Shown here: positions 16,081 through 25,972 of the stretch, piece by piece
Numbering within the stretch: position 1 is the stretch's first letter
Layout of the letters: each line of letters starts with the position of its first letter
Source of the DNA: Thermoplasmatota archaeon
Lineage (GTDB): Archaea > Thermoplasmatota > Thermoplasmata > RBG-16-68-12 > JAGMCJ01
DNA: 64,000 nt
Direction: 5' to 3'
Assembly (NCBI GenBank): GCA_022848865.1
Contig: JAJISE010000004.1
Span: 1,887-65,886, forward strand
Notes under the pieces: model-generated
Database searches by the model: none
What the model saw: only the letters and a program-made list of their open reading frames with translations
What the model was told of the DNA's origin: nothing
Translations under genes and position numbers: made by a program

Positions 16081-17189
16081 CGCTGGAGGAGTCGATAAAG
16101 AGTACGAACGTCCAGCTGTGCTATTCCTGCGGGAAGTGCACGCTTGCCTGCCCGCTCACGCGCGGCGAGAAGGTCTACTCCCCGCGAAGGATAGTCGAGC
16201 GGATACTCGCGCACGGCGAGGAGGCAATCGACGCCGACGAGATGTGGGAGTGCCTGACGTGCAACCTGTGCACCGGCTACTGCCCCTCCGACGTCCACTA
16301 TCCCGTCTTCGTGCGGGAGATCAGGGAAAAGCTCGTGGACGAGGGCTGCGAGGGCGAGTGCACGCACTCGGACGTGCTCAAGTCGGTCATGCGGCTCATG
16401 TCGGGCGGGAAGCTGAAGCAGAAGAGGCTGGAGTGGCTCGACGACACCGTGGAGACGGATGGCAAGAGCGACACCCTCCTATTCGTGGGCTGCGCGCCCT
16501 ATTACGATCTCTACTTCAAGGACCTGGGCAGCCACATTGAATCCGCGAAGAGCGCGATCAGGCTGCTGAACCACGTGGGCATCAAGCCCCGCGTGCTGGA
16601 GGACGAGGTCTGCTGCGGGCACGACCTCCTCTGGACGGGGGAGAAGGAGGCCTTCGAGAGGCTGCGGGAGCTGAACACGGAGACGATAGGCAAGTCGAAG
16701 GTCAAGCGGATTATCTTCACCTGCCCGGAGTGCTACCACACGCTGAAGGAGGACTACGACCTCGCGGGCGTGGAGCTGGTGCACCTGTCCGTATTCCTGA
16801 GCGAGAACGCAGAGAAGCTGAAGTTCAAGGAGACGCCGAGGAAGGTGACATTCCAGGACTCCTGCAGGCTGGGCAGGTACCAGAAGATCTACGAGCCCCC
16901 GAGGGAGCTGCTGCATTCCATCCCGGGCGTGGAGCTCGTCGAGTTCGAGGACAACAGGCGCATGGCTGCCTGCTGCGGGACGTCCTGCTGGATGAACTGC
17001 GACCAGAACTCGAAGAGGATGCAGGTCGAGCGGCTGGTGGAGGCGGCGGGGATCGCTGATGCGATGGTGACGGGCTGCCCGAAATGCCTCATACACTTCC
17101 GGTGCGCCATGGACAATGAGACCGACGTAGACGTGGAGGTGACGGACCTCTTCACCTTCCTCGCTGATTCGTTGGAGGAAGCAGGATGA
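16079..17189 (+). CDS. HdrD-like protein: fused HdrC-type 2x[4Fe-4S] ferredoxin N-terminus plus HdrB-type CCG-domain C-terminus, 370 aa, soluble
   Basis: CYSCGKCTLACP and CLTCNLCTGYCP (ferredoxin motifs); CCG-type Cys clusters FVGCAPYYD..CCGHD.. and FTCPECYH..QDSCRLG..AACCGTSCW. ATGA overlap with the mvhD stop. No HdrE-like membrane partner nearby. Confidence 0.75.
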
Positions 17190-19168
17190 GCGAGAAGATC
17201 AGGATTGGGGTCTTCGTCTGCCACTGCGGCCTGAACATAGGCGCGACGGTCGACTGCGCGGCGGTGGCGGAGCACGCGAAGAAGCTGCCCCACGTCGTCT
17301 ACGTGGAGCACAACATGTACACGTGCTCGGAGCCCGGGCAGCTGCAGATCAAGAACGGAATCAGGGAGCACGACCTCAATCGCGTGGTCGTTGCCTCATG
17401 CTCCCCGCGAATGCACGAGCCCACCTTCCGGGCGACGGTCGCCGACGCGGGACTGAACCCCTTCCTCTTCGAGATGGCGAACATCCGCGAGCACTGCTCC
17501 TGGATCCACAAGGACAAGGAGGCGGGGACGGAGAAGGCGAAGAGGCTCGTGGAGCTGTCCGTGGCCCGCGCCGCGCTGCTGGAACCGCTCGACAGCAGGG
17601 AGGTCGGCGTGACCAACACGGCCCTGGTGATCGGAGCGGGCGTGGCGGGGATGCGCGCCGCGACGGACATCGCGGACAGGGGATACGACGTCCACCTCGT
17701 CGAGCGGGAGCCATACATGGGCGGGAAGGCCGCCTGGTTCAGCAAGATGTTCCCGCTGCGGAAGTGCGAGGAGACATGCGTGGGCGACTGCCCGCACTGC
17801 TTGCTCGTGCCCGAGTTCGAGGAGGTGCTGGACAACCCGCGAATAACGCTGCATCTGAACTCCGAGGTGGCGAGCATCGACGGCTACGTCGGCAACTTCA
17901 AGGCGACCATCCGCACGCAGCCGATCTATGTAGACCGCGAGAAGTGCACCTATTGCGGTGAGTGCACGGAGGTCTGTCCTGTTTCGGTGCCGGACGAGCG
18001 CAACTATGGTATGCAGAAGAGGAAGGCGATATACCTGCCCTCAACCGGGATTGTGCCCCGCTCGTACGTGATAGACGACACTGTCTGCAGCCACTTCGTT
18101 GGCGGGAAGTGCGCGAAGAAGCCGTCATGCGTGAAAGCGTGCAAGTTCGGCGCCATCGACCTGAAGGAGAAGGAGCGAACGCAGGAAGTGGACGTCGGAA
18201 CGATCGTCGTCGCGACGGGCTTCGACAACTACGACCCGACGAAGAAGGAGGAGCTGCACTACAAGCATCCGCGGGTGATCACGGCACCGGAGTATGAGAG
18301 GCTGTCCGCCTACACTGGCCCGACGGATGGGAAGCTGGTCATCGACGGCATCGAACCCAAGCGGGTGGCGTTCATATCCTGCGTCGGCTCGCGCGAGAAG
18401 GAAGGCAACGAGTACTGCTCCCGCGTGTGCTGCATCTTCACGGCGAAGCAAGCTCATTCCGTTTTGAAGAAGCTGCCCGACGCGAAGGTCGCCGTCTACT
18501 ACACGGACGTCCGCGCGTTCGGGAAGGGCCACGAGGAGTTCTACCAGAAGGTGCTGGACGAGGGCGTGGACTACCGGCTGCGCGAGCTGGAGGACCCGCT
18601 AAAAGTCACTATCAATAATGATAACATCAAGGTCAGGTGCAAAGGGCACAAGGACTTCAAGGCCGACCTGGTCGTCCTCGCGACGGGACTGGTGCCCCAG
18701 CACGATTCACCCGAGATCTGCAGGCTGCTGAACCTCTCGCTGTCGGGGGACGGCTTCTTCATGGAGGCGCATCCGAAGCTGAGGCCGATAGACACGTTCA
18801 CGGACGGCGTCTTCCTAGCGGGCTGCTGCCAGGGGCCCAAGGACATAGCCGACTCGATGGCGCAGGCGTCCGGAGCCGCCGCCAGGGCGTGCGGGATACT
18901 CTCCAAGATGGCCCTCACGCTCGGAGTGGAGACCGCCTTCTCGGACGAGACGTGCATCGGCTGCGGGACCTGCGTGGTGGTCTGTCAGTTCGGCGCGATA
19001 ACGCTGGAGGAGATCGATGGTGAGCTGCGCGCGGTCGTGAACGAGGCCCTCTGCAAGGGCTGCGGGACGTGCATAGCCGCCTGCCCGTCGGGTGCGATGC
19101 AGCAGCGCCATTACACGGACGAGCAGATACTGGCGATGATAGAGGCCGTGGCGGGAGGTGGCGCGTGA
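17186..19168 (+). CDS. hdrA: heterodisulfide reductase subunit A paralog (HdrA2), 660 aa
   Basis: IGVFVCHCGLNIG, VIGAGVAGMRAATD, CIGCGTCVVVC and CKGCGTCIAACP motifs; about 45% identical to HdrA1. ATGA overlap with the upstream gene. Confidence 0.9.
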   Translation: MSEKIRIGVFVCHCGLNIGATVDCAAVAEHAKKLPHVVYVEHNMYTCSEPGQLQIKNGIREHDLNRVVVASCSPRMHEPTFRATVADAGLNPFLFEMANIREHCSWIHKDKEAGTEKAKRLVELSVARAALLEPLDSREVGVTNTALVIGAGVAGMRAATDIADRGYDVHLVEREPYMGGKAAWFSKMFPLRKCEETCVGDCPHCLLVPEFEEVLDNPRITLHLNSEVASIDGYVGNFKATIRTQPIYVDREKCTYCGECTEVCPVSVPDERNYGMQKRKAIYLPSTGIVPRSYVIDDTVCSHFVGGKCAKKPSCVKACKFGAIDLKEKERTQEVDVGTIVVATGFDNYDPTKKEELHYKHPRVITAPEYERLSAYTGPTDGKLVIDGIEPKRVAFISCVGSREKEGNEYCSRVCCIFTAKQAHSVLKKLPDAKVAVYYTDVRAFGKGHEEFYQKVLDEGVDYRLRELEDPLKVTINNDNIKVRCKGHKDFKADLVVLATGLVPQHDSPEICRLLNLSLSGDGFFMEAHPKLRPIDTFTDGVFLAGCCQGPKDIADSMAQASGAAARACGILSKMALTLGVETAFSDETCIGCGTCVVVCQFGAITLEEIDGELRAVVNEALCKGCGTCIAACPSGAMQQRHYTDEQILAMIEAVAGGGA

Positions 19169-19581
19169 CATTCGAGCCCAACATCCTCGCCTTCTGCTGC
19201 AACTGGTGCTCGTACGCCGCCGCCGATCTGGCGGGGATCGGGAGGATGGACCAGCCCACGAACATCAAGATCGTGCGCGTCATGTGCTCCGGGCGGGTGA
19301 AGCCCGAGTTCGTCATCAAGGCCCTCTCGGACGGCGTGGACGGTGTGCTGATCCTGGGCTGCCACATAGGCGACTGTCACTACGTGACCGGGAACCACAG
19401 AACGCTGAAGCGCTTCCAGGTCCTCGAGAGACTGCTCGAGCACATAGGGATAGACCCGCGAAGGATACGCCTGGACTGGGCGTCCGCGGCGGAGGCGGAG
19501 CCGTTCTCGAACATGATCAGGGAGTTCACGGAGCAGATACGTGAGCTCGGACCGAATCCGTATGCTGGTTCTTATGCTTGA
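19165..19581 (+). CDS. mvhD: MvhD paralog (MvhD2)
   Basis: GTG start overlapping the hdrA2 stop; FEPNILAFCCNWCSYAAADLAG...VMCSGRV..GCHIGDC. Confidence 0.8.
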   Translation: MTFEPNILAFCCNWCSYAAADLAGIGRMDQPTNIKIVRVMCSGRVKPEFVIKALSDGVDGVLILGCHIGDCHYVTGNHRTLKRFQVLERLLEHIGIDPRRIRLDWASAAEAEPFSNMIREFTEQIRELGPNPYAGSYA

Positions 19582-20362
19582 AGACATCCGCAAGCTCGTG
19601 AAGAGGACCCTGGACGGGGGAAAGGTGGACGGAGTCCTCGCTCTCTGGCGGGAGAACGGGCGCGTGGGCCCGCACCTCTTCGTGAAGGGCGACGACGTCT
19701 CCACGCTGGAGATAGACCCGAAGTACAACCTCGCGGCCGTGGCCATCCTTGCGCTGGCGTCGGGAGTGAAGAAGATCGCGCTCATCGGGAGGGGATGCGA
19801 CGAACGAGCGCTGGTGGAGCTGTTCAAGCGGTATCAGATAGATGAGGATGCGATCGAGTTCATCGGCATGGCATGCAGCGCGGAGCAGGCGCAGGCGTGC
19901 GAGTGCGACATCCCGTACCCGACGGAGATCCGATTCGGCGAGAAGGTGAAGGGGGTAGTCCCTCCCGAGCTGGAGGACCTCACGGAGATGTCCCTGGACG
20001 AGCGGTTCGCCTACTGGCGGGACGTGTTCGCGAAGTGCATCAAGTGCTACGGCTGCAAGAACGCCTGCCCGGTGTGCGTGTGCCAGGACTGCGTGCTCGA
20101 GGACCCGATGTGGGTGAAGAAGGGCGAGATACCGCCGGAGTTCCCGATGTTCCATCTGATCCGGGCGTATCACATGGTCGACCGCTGCGTGCACTGCTAC
20201 GAGTGCGAGGAGGCCTGCCCGATGGGGATACCGCTGACGCTGCTCTACAGGCAGCTGAGGCAGGACATGAAGGAGCTGTTCGACTACCTGCCCGGGGCGA
20301 GCGATGCGAAGCCGCCGCTGACGACCGTGCTGGAGGACGAGAAGCTGGAGGAGGGCGCATGA
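19574..20362 (+). CDS. iron-sulfur protein with C-terminal 2x[4Fe-4S] ferredoxin motifs and an FrhB/FdhB-like N-terminal region; putative electron-transfer subunit linking FdhA to the Hdr module
   Basis: CIKCYGCKNACPVC and CVHCYECEEACPMG; translationally coupled upstream (ATGCTTGA) and downstream (ATGA) with mvhD2 and fdhA. Alternative start ATG at 19562. Confidence 0.55.
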   Translation: MLEDIRKLVKRTLDGGKVDGVLALWRENGRVGPHLFVKGDDVSTLEIDPKYNLAAVAILALASGVKKIALIGRGCDERALVELFKRYQIDEDAIEFIGMACSAEQAQACECDIPYPTEIRFGEKVKGVVPPELEDLTEMSLDERFAYWRDVFAKCIKCYGCKNACPVCVCQDCVLEDPMWVKKGEIPPEFPMFHLIRAYHMVDRCVHCYECEEACPMGIPLTLLYRQLRQDMKELFDYLPGASDAKPPLTTVLEDEKLEEGA

Positions 20363-22404
20363 GCTACCAGAGCGTGCTGACGACCTGCCCGTACTGCGGC
20401 TGCGGCTGCCAGTTCTACCTGCAAGTGGTCAACGGGAACCTCGTTGGCATAGTGCCGGACAAGACGCACCCGATAGCCGAGGGAGCGCTCTGCATCAAGG
20501 GATGGAACGCGCACGTGTTCGTCCAGTGCGAGGATCGGCTGCAGAAGCCCCTGATTAAGGAGGACGGCGAGTTCCGCGAGGCCACTTGGGACGAGGCGCT
20601 GGACCTGGTGGCGGAGAAGCTCGGCGAGATCAAGGAGAGGCACGGGCCTGACGCTATTGCCACTCTCTGCAGCGCGAAGTGCACGAACGAGGAGAACTAC
20701 CTGCTGCAGAAGCTGACGCGCGCGACCATAGGGACGAACAACGTGGACCACTGCGCCCGCCTGTGCCACGCGTCGACAGTGACGGGGCTCGCGCACGCTT
20801 TCGGAAGCGGGGCGATGACGAACAGCGTCCCGGAGATCGACGATTCTGATGTTATCCTGATCACTGGCTCGAACACGATAGAGCAGCACCCGCTGATAGG
20901 GTCGAGGATGGTGAAGGCCCGCGAGAGGGGTGCGAAGATCATCCTCATCGACCCGCGAAGGGTCCCGATGCGCCTGTTCTCCGACCTGTACCTGCAGTTC
21001 ATCCCGGGGACGGACGTCGCCTGGCTGAACGGCATGATGCACGTCATCCTGAAGGAGAAGCTGCACGACAAGAAGTACATCAAGGAGCGCACGGAGGGCT
21101 TCGAGGACTTCGAGAAAGTGGTGAAGAAGTACGATCCGAAGACCGTGGAGAAGATCTGCGGGATCCCCGCCAACCTGCTCGAGGAAGCCGCAAGAATGTT
21201 CGCGAAGGCCGAGCGGGGCTCGATATTCTACTCGATGGGGATAACTCAGCACATCACGGGAACGGACAATGTGAAGTCCGTTGCGAATCTGGCGATGCTC
21301 ACGGGAAACGTCGGAAAGCGCGCGGCGGGAGTGAACCCGCTCAGAGGGCAGAACAACGTGCAGGGCGCGTGCGATGTCGGCGCGTTGCCCAACGTGTATC
21401 CAGGGTATCAGGCGGTCGCAAACGAGGACGCCGCGAAGAAGTTCGAGAAGGCCTGGGGGACGAAGCTCTCGCGGGAGCCCGGGCTGACGATCGTGGAGAT
21501 TACGGATGCCGCCAGAGAGGGCAATGTGAAGGGCATGTACATCGTGGGCGAGAACCCGATGATCAGCGACCCGGACATCGAGCACGTGAGGCAGGGGCTG
21601 GAGGCCCTTGACTTCCTCGTGGTGCAGGACATCTTCATGACGGAGACCGCCGCTCTGGCGGATGTGGTGCTTCCCGCTTCGAGCTATGCGGAGAAGGAGG
21701 GAACTTTCACCGCCACGGACAGGCGGGTCCAGCGGGTCCGCAAGGCGATAGAGCCTGTCGGCGAATCCCGCGAGGACTGGAAGATCATAATCGACATCGC
21801 CAAGCGCCTTGGCGGGAAGGGATTCGACTTCGAGTCGCCCGCCGAGATCATGGACGAGCTCGCATCACTTGCACCGATATATGGCGGGGTGTCCTTCGCC
21901 CGCCTGGACGCCGGGGAGGACCTGCTCTGGCCCGTGAAGGACCCCGGGCACGCGGGAACGGAGTTCCTGCACGAGGGGCAGTTCACCCGCGGGAAGGGAG
22001 TCTTCTCACCGATAGAGTTCAGGGAGGCGGACGAGCTTCCCGACAAGGAGTACCCGTACATCTTGACGACGGGGCGGCTGATGTTCCAGTACCACACGGG
22101 TACGATGACACGAAGAACGCCCGCCCTCGAGTCGGAGAGCCCGAACCCGTTCGTGGAAGTGAACCCCGAGGACGCGAAGGAGCTGGGCATCAAGGACGGC
22201 GACTGGCTGGAGGTGTCGAGCCGCAGGGGGAGCATAAAGATCCAATCTCGCGTCGCCAACATCGTCGGGAAGGGCGTTGTTTTCATCCCGTTCCACTACG
22301 CGGAGGCGGCCGCGAACGTGCTCACGAACCCAGCTCTGGACCCCGATTCGAAGATCCCGGAGCTGAAGGTCTGCGCGGTGGCCATGAAGCCGCTGACAAA
22401 GTGA
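20359..22404 (+). CDS. fdhA: formate dehydrogenase alpha subunit (molybdopterin oxidoreductase, Cys-type), cytoplasmic, 681 aa
   Basis: N-terminal [4Fe-4S] CPYCGCGCQ, active-site region VDHCARLCHASTV (Cys rather than Sec), MGD-binding domains, C-terminal molybdopterin_dinuc-binding barrel. No Tat signal. Confidence 0.85.
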   Translation: MSYQSVLTTCPYCGCGCQFYLQVVNGNLVGIVPDKTHPIAEGALCIKGWNAHVFVQCEDRLQKPLIKEDGEFREATWDEALDLVAEKLGEIKERHGPDAIATLCSAKCTNEENYLLQKLTRATIGTNNVDHCARLCHASTVTGLAHAFGSGAMTNSVPEIDDSDVILITGSNTIEQHPLIGSRMVKARERGAKIILIDPRRVPMRLFSDLYLQFIPGTDVAWLNGMMHVILKEKLHDKKYIKERTEGFEDFEKVVKKYDPKTVEKICGIPANLLEEAARMFAKAERGSIFYSMGITQHITGTDNVKSVANLAMLTGNVGKRAAGVNPLRGQNNVQGACDVGALPNVYPGYQAVANEDAAKKFEKAWGTKLSREPGLTIVEITDAAREGNVKGMYIVGENPMISDPDIEHVRQGLEALDFLVVQDIFMTETAALADVVLPASSYAEKEGTFTATDRRVQRVRKAIEPVGESREDWKIIIDIAKRLGGKGFDFESPAEIMDELASLAPIYGGVSFARLDAGEDLLWPVKDPGHAGTEFLHEGQFTRGKGVFSPIEFREADELPDKEYPYILTTGRLMFQYHTGTMTRRTPALESESPNPFVEVNPEDAKELGIKDGDWLEVSSRRGSIKIQSRVANIVGKGVVFIPFHYAEAAANVLTNPALDPDSKIPELKVCAVAMKPLTK

Positions 22405-22525
22405 TCCAAGCCTTGGATATCGGAGCCTCCGATCCCGCGATTCCCGGAGAGACCGAAAGCTCGCTGTCGAATCACAAGCTATTTCTCATATAGTTCCATA
22501 CACTGGCATCCAAAGTGAATGCGGG

Positions 22526-23845
22526 ATGCACTCTGGTAAAGCCAAATCGAAGAGGCGAAAGCTCGGCTTGGACGAGCTAGTGGCCATCGGGATCGGCGGC
22601 ATGATAGGCAGCGGCATCTACTCGCTCCTGGGTGTGGCCGTCCGCATAGCTGGCGGGTATGCTTTTCTCGCCTTTCTCCTGGCAGGAGCGATCGCTCTCT
22701 TCAGCGGGTACTCCTTCGCCAAGCTGGGGAGAGCCAGCAAGACGAATGAGGGGGCCTTCAGGTACATCCTGATGGCGTCGGGCAGTCGGGCCTTCGCGGG
22801 CTTCAACGCGTGGATGATGGTCCTCGGGTACATCGGCACCGTTGCCCTGTACGCCTACACTTTCGGCGCGTACTGCGCGTCCTTCTTCGAGGGTTATGCC
22901 AGCTACGCTGTGACAAGGAGCGTGCTGGCCGTCGTCGTGATAGCGGTATTCGTCGTCGTGAACCTCATGAGGGTGGAATCCTTCGGAAGGTTCCAGCTGG
23001 TCCTCGTCTCCGCGGGAATAGGCATCCTGCTCATCTTCTGCGTCGTGGGGGCGATCCACCTCGGTGTGGGGAACTCGGTGACTATAGAGAGCACTGACCC
23101 GCTCCTGATCCCCATCTCGGCAGGCATCATATTCGTGGGATTCCAAGGGTTCGAGCTCGTGACGGCATCCGTGAGGGATGCGAAGTCGCCTGAGAGGAAC
23201 ATCTCGAGGGCGATCTACATCTCCATAGTCATCACCATCCTGCTGTATCTTCTCGGGACCATCGCGGCCACCTCCGTCCTGACGCCCGCCGAGATCCTCA
23301 GGTTCGAGGAACGTGCGCTGGGAGAGGCGGCGGTTCCCATCTTGGGAGGATTCGGGTTCCTCCTCGTCGGCATAGGCGCCCTCATCGCAGCGGCTGGAGC
23401 GATCAACGCGACAATATTCGGCACAGCTCGATTCGCCAAGGACGTGTCCAAGAAAGGCATCATGCCATCCGTCTTCTGCAGGACGAAGGCCGACAGGGGA
23501 ACGCCGTACGCCGGAATACTCATGATCGGCTTCTTCTCCGCCGTTCTGACGCTGACCGGGAGCTTGGAGGTCATAGCCGCCTTTGCCAGCATAATCTTCC
23601 TCCTCCTCTACGGGTTCGTCTCCCTGGCGAATCTGAAGCTCAGACTGCAAACTGGAAGTCCCGCTTGGATTCCTCTTGTGGGCTCCGCGCTCTGCTTCTT
23701 CTCCCTTGCTGCCGTCGTGATCTACCTGGGCCTGAGAGGCCCGCAGACCCTCCTGACCATCGGGATCATGTTCCTGGCGCTTCTCGTTCTGTGGCTTGCC
23801 TATCAGAGGTTTGCGGGAATGTCCAAGGAAGGACGCGGGACTTGA
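22526..23845 (+). CDS. APC-superfamily amino acid permease, 439 aa, 12 TM
   Basis: Typical APC N-terminus (KRRKLGLDELVAIGIGGMIGSGIYSLLG) and hydrophobic profile. Confidence 0.75.
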   Translation: MHSGKAKSKRRKLGLDELVAIGIGGMIGSGIYSLLGVAVRIAGGYAFLAFLLAGAIALFSGYSFAKLGRASKTNEGAFRYILMASGSRAFAGFNAWMMVLGYIGTVALYAYTFGAYCASFFEGYASYAVTRSVLAVVVIAVFVVVNLMRVESFGRFQLVLVSAGIGILLIFCVVGAIHLGVGNSVTIESTDPLLIPISAGIIFVGFQGFELVTASVRDAKSPERNISRAIYISIVITILLYLLGTIAATSVLTPAEILRFEERALGEAAVPILGGFGFLLVGIGALIAAAGAINATIFGTARFAKDVSKKGIMPSVFCRTKADRGTPYAGILMIGFFSAVLTLTGSLEVIAAFASIIFLLLYGFVSLANLKLRLQTGSPAWIPLVGSALCFFSLAAVVIYLGLRGPQTLLTIGIMFLALLVLWLAYQRFAGMSKEGRGT

Positions 23846-23915
23846 CCGTTCACGCGTGAAACGAGAACTGGAGTGAAAGGTTTATCAATATCCTTCTCCT
23901 AGTGTCGCGCGCAAG

Positions 23916-24503
23916 ATGAGCTTAGGGCGTCTGAGGCAGCGGATCAGGGACACGAGCGAGAGAACGGACCTCGCCTCAACATCGAGAAGGTATTTTGTGC
24001 TGGGAGCGTTCGATGGGACCCTCATCGTTCTCGGTGTCGTTCTGGGTGCATACGCTGCTGGCGTGGCCTCGGAGCACATGGAGATAATACTCTTCGCGGG
24101 GCTGTCGGCGGCAGTGGCTCTCTCTGTCTCCAGCGCTGTCGGGGCCTATGAGGCCGAGCGCGTGGAGAAGCTCCTCTCGAGGGCAAGCATCGAAAGGGCG
24201 CTTCTGACCGATGTGAGCGAGGAACAAGCCGAGGTCTTCAGGTTCGCCACCCTGCTCAGTGCCCTCGTTCACGCGTCCGCCCCGCTGATCGCAGCGACGG
24301 TTCCTCTTATTCCTTTCGTCATAATCCCGGACCTGGGGATGGCTGTTCTCACTTCCGTTGTGATGACTCTGAGCGTGCTCTTCATCTTGGGCGCTTACTT
24401 GGGCAACCTGGTGAAGGAAAGGGTGTTTATGACGGGGATGCGGTTCGTTCTCGCAGGTCTGGCGACGGCTGTCATCCTGTTCGCCATCGGGATGGTCAAC
24501 TGA
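23916..24503 (+). CDS. VIT1/CCC1-family (DUF125) iron/manganese transporter-like membrane protein
   Basis: RYFVLGAFDGTLIVLGVVLG motif and a 5-TM layout typical of the VIT family. Confidence 0.6.
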   Translation: MSLGRLRQRIRDTSERTDLASTSRRYFVLGAFDGTLIVLGVVLGAYAAGVASEHMEIILFAGLSAAVALSVSSAVGAYEAERVEKLLSRASIERALLTDVSEEQAEVFRFATLLSALVHASAPLIAATVPLIPFVIIPDLGMAVLTSVVMTLSVLFILGAYLGNLVKERVFMTGMRFVLAGLATAVILFAIGMVN

Positions 24504-24584
24504 CGGGCTCGGCACGCACATGCAAGGCCACCTGGTCCTGCCCTGCACGGTACCTTTAAAGTCGCTGAAGGAATAGCCTTCTGA

Positions 24585-25253
24585 ATGGCGTTCCGCCGAC
24601 TCCGGTACGAGGGAATGAACCTGGGCACCCAGCGCATCGAGAACCTCACGGACGGAATGTTCGCGATAATCATGACCATCTTGGTGCTGAATCTCTCATT
24701 GCCTGTCGTGACGGGATCCGGGTCGGATGACCTTTCGGAGAGGCTCATCGAGATGTTGCCGGACATCTGGGCCTACGCCTTGAGCTTCGCTGTGCTGGCC
24801 GTCGCGTGGATGTTGCATCACTATCAGTTCAGCTTCATCAGGGACACCGACAGCTTGCTCCTTTGGTTGAACATAATCTTCCTGATGTTCGCATCGCTGA
24901 TACCCTTCAGCACCGTGCTCCTGAGGGAGCCGGACCAGGCGGTCGCGCTCAGGGTCTACGATACGAACATCTTCCTGGTCCTGCTCGCGCTCTACGCACT
25001 TTGGTGGTACGCCACCCGCGGTTGCCGCCTGGTGGACACGAACATCGAAAAGCGGGCGGTTCGCCTGATGAAGGTCACGCTCATCGCGGGCATGGCGTTC
25101 TTCGCGGTAGGAGTCGCACTCACCTTCTTCGATGCTGGAATCAGCGGTGGATTCCTCAGTGCGCTCGGCACATTATACGTTATCTTGACAGCGCTGGGAG
25201 CACATCGTGTCGGGCAATTGGCGGCTTGTGAGAGTGAGCAATCACAGGTCTGA
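24585..25253 (+). CDS. TMEM175/DUF1211-family potassium-channel-like membrane protein
   Basis: RIENLTDGMFAIIMTILVLNL (DUF1211 signature: R..fsDgvfAi..TiLvL) and a 6-TM profile. Confidence 0.7.
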   Translation: MAFRRLRYEGMNLGTQRIENLTDGMFAIIMTILVLNLSLPVVTGSGSDDLSERLIEMLPDIWAYALSFAVLAVAWMLHHYQFSFIRDTDSLLLWLNIIFLMFASLIPFSTVLLREPDQAVALRVYDTNIFLVLLALYALWWYATRGCRLVDTNIEKRAVRLMKVTLIAGMAFFAVGVALTFFDAGISGGFLSALGTLYVILTALGAHRVGQLAACESEQSQV

Positions 25254-25326
25254 AGAGAAGACAGAGCTTGCGCATGAATCCTGCTTCCGCACCAGCCGTC
25301 TGTCCTGTGCCGTTCCGACTCGCAAG

Positions 25327-25932
25327 CTACTTCACGGGCCATATGGGAGCAACGACCCTCCCGTACACTTCGTTCAGCACCTGAGCCAGGGCAGTGTATA
25401 TGGACGAGAGCCCGCAGATTATGCCTTCGTAGCCCGCGATCTGCGTTATGGTGGAGTTGCCCGTGGCGTGTCCCAACGCCAGCAAGACGAACAGCAGTGT
25501 CAGGCTGCCGAAGATGAACTGGAGCGCTCTGTTCAGCTTCAACGTGGCTATGAACATGACCGCGGTGAACAAGCCCCACATGGACAGATAGGCGACCATC
25601 GCGGAGTCGCTGGCGGCCTCGCCCAGTCCCAGCTGTGGCATCACGAGCAGGCCGACCAGGGAGAGCCAGAAGAGGCCGTAAGAGGTGAACGCCAATGTCC
25701 CGAACGTGTTGTTCTTCTTCCACTCCATTGCCCCCGCGATGATCTGGGCTATGCCGCCGTAGAAGATGCCCATGGACAGTATCATGGTCCCCAACGCGAA
25801 GAAGCCCGCGTTGTGAAAGTTCAACAGCACCGTGGTCATCCCGAAGGCCATCAGGCCGAGCGGCGCGGGGTTGGCAGTCGTGTCCTTTATCTCCGTGGTC
25901 GATTCAGGCGATTCTTGCTGCATAATCATCAC
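25327..25932 (-). CDS. satP: GPR1/FUN34/YaaH (SatP) family acetate/succinate channel
   Basis: [14 protein letters not shown] signature and a 6-TM profile; adjacent to acs. Confidence 0.8.
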   Translation of the reverse strand: MMIMQQESPESTTEIKDTTANPAPLGLMAFGMTTVLLNFHNAGFFALGTMILSMGIFYGGIAQIIAGAMEWKKNNTFGTLAFTSYGLFWLSLVGLLVMPQLGLGEAASDSAMVAYLSMWGLFTAVMFIATLKLNRALQFIFGSLTLLFVLLALGHATGNSTITQIAGYEGIICGLSSIYTALAQVLNEVYGRVVAPIWPVK

Positions 25933-25972
25933 ATCCAGAACTGAAGATTCACTCCATGGCCATGAAGAAGTC

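Noticed and set aside
15549-17189. 546-aa ORF-track call spanning mvhD and the HdrD-like gene; likewise 19873..22404 (843 aa) and 19069..19581
   Set aside because: N-terminal extensions are out-of-frame read-through of upstream genes. True starts were placed at the conserved N-termini, which coincide with ATGA/GTGA stop-start overlaps (16079, 20359, 19165).
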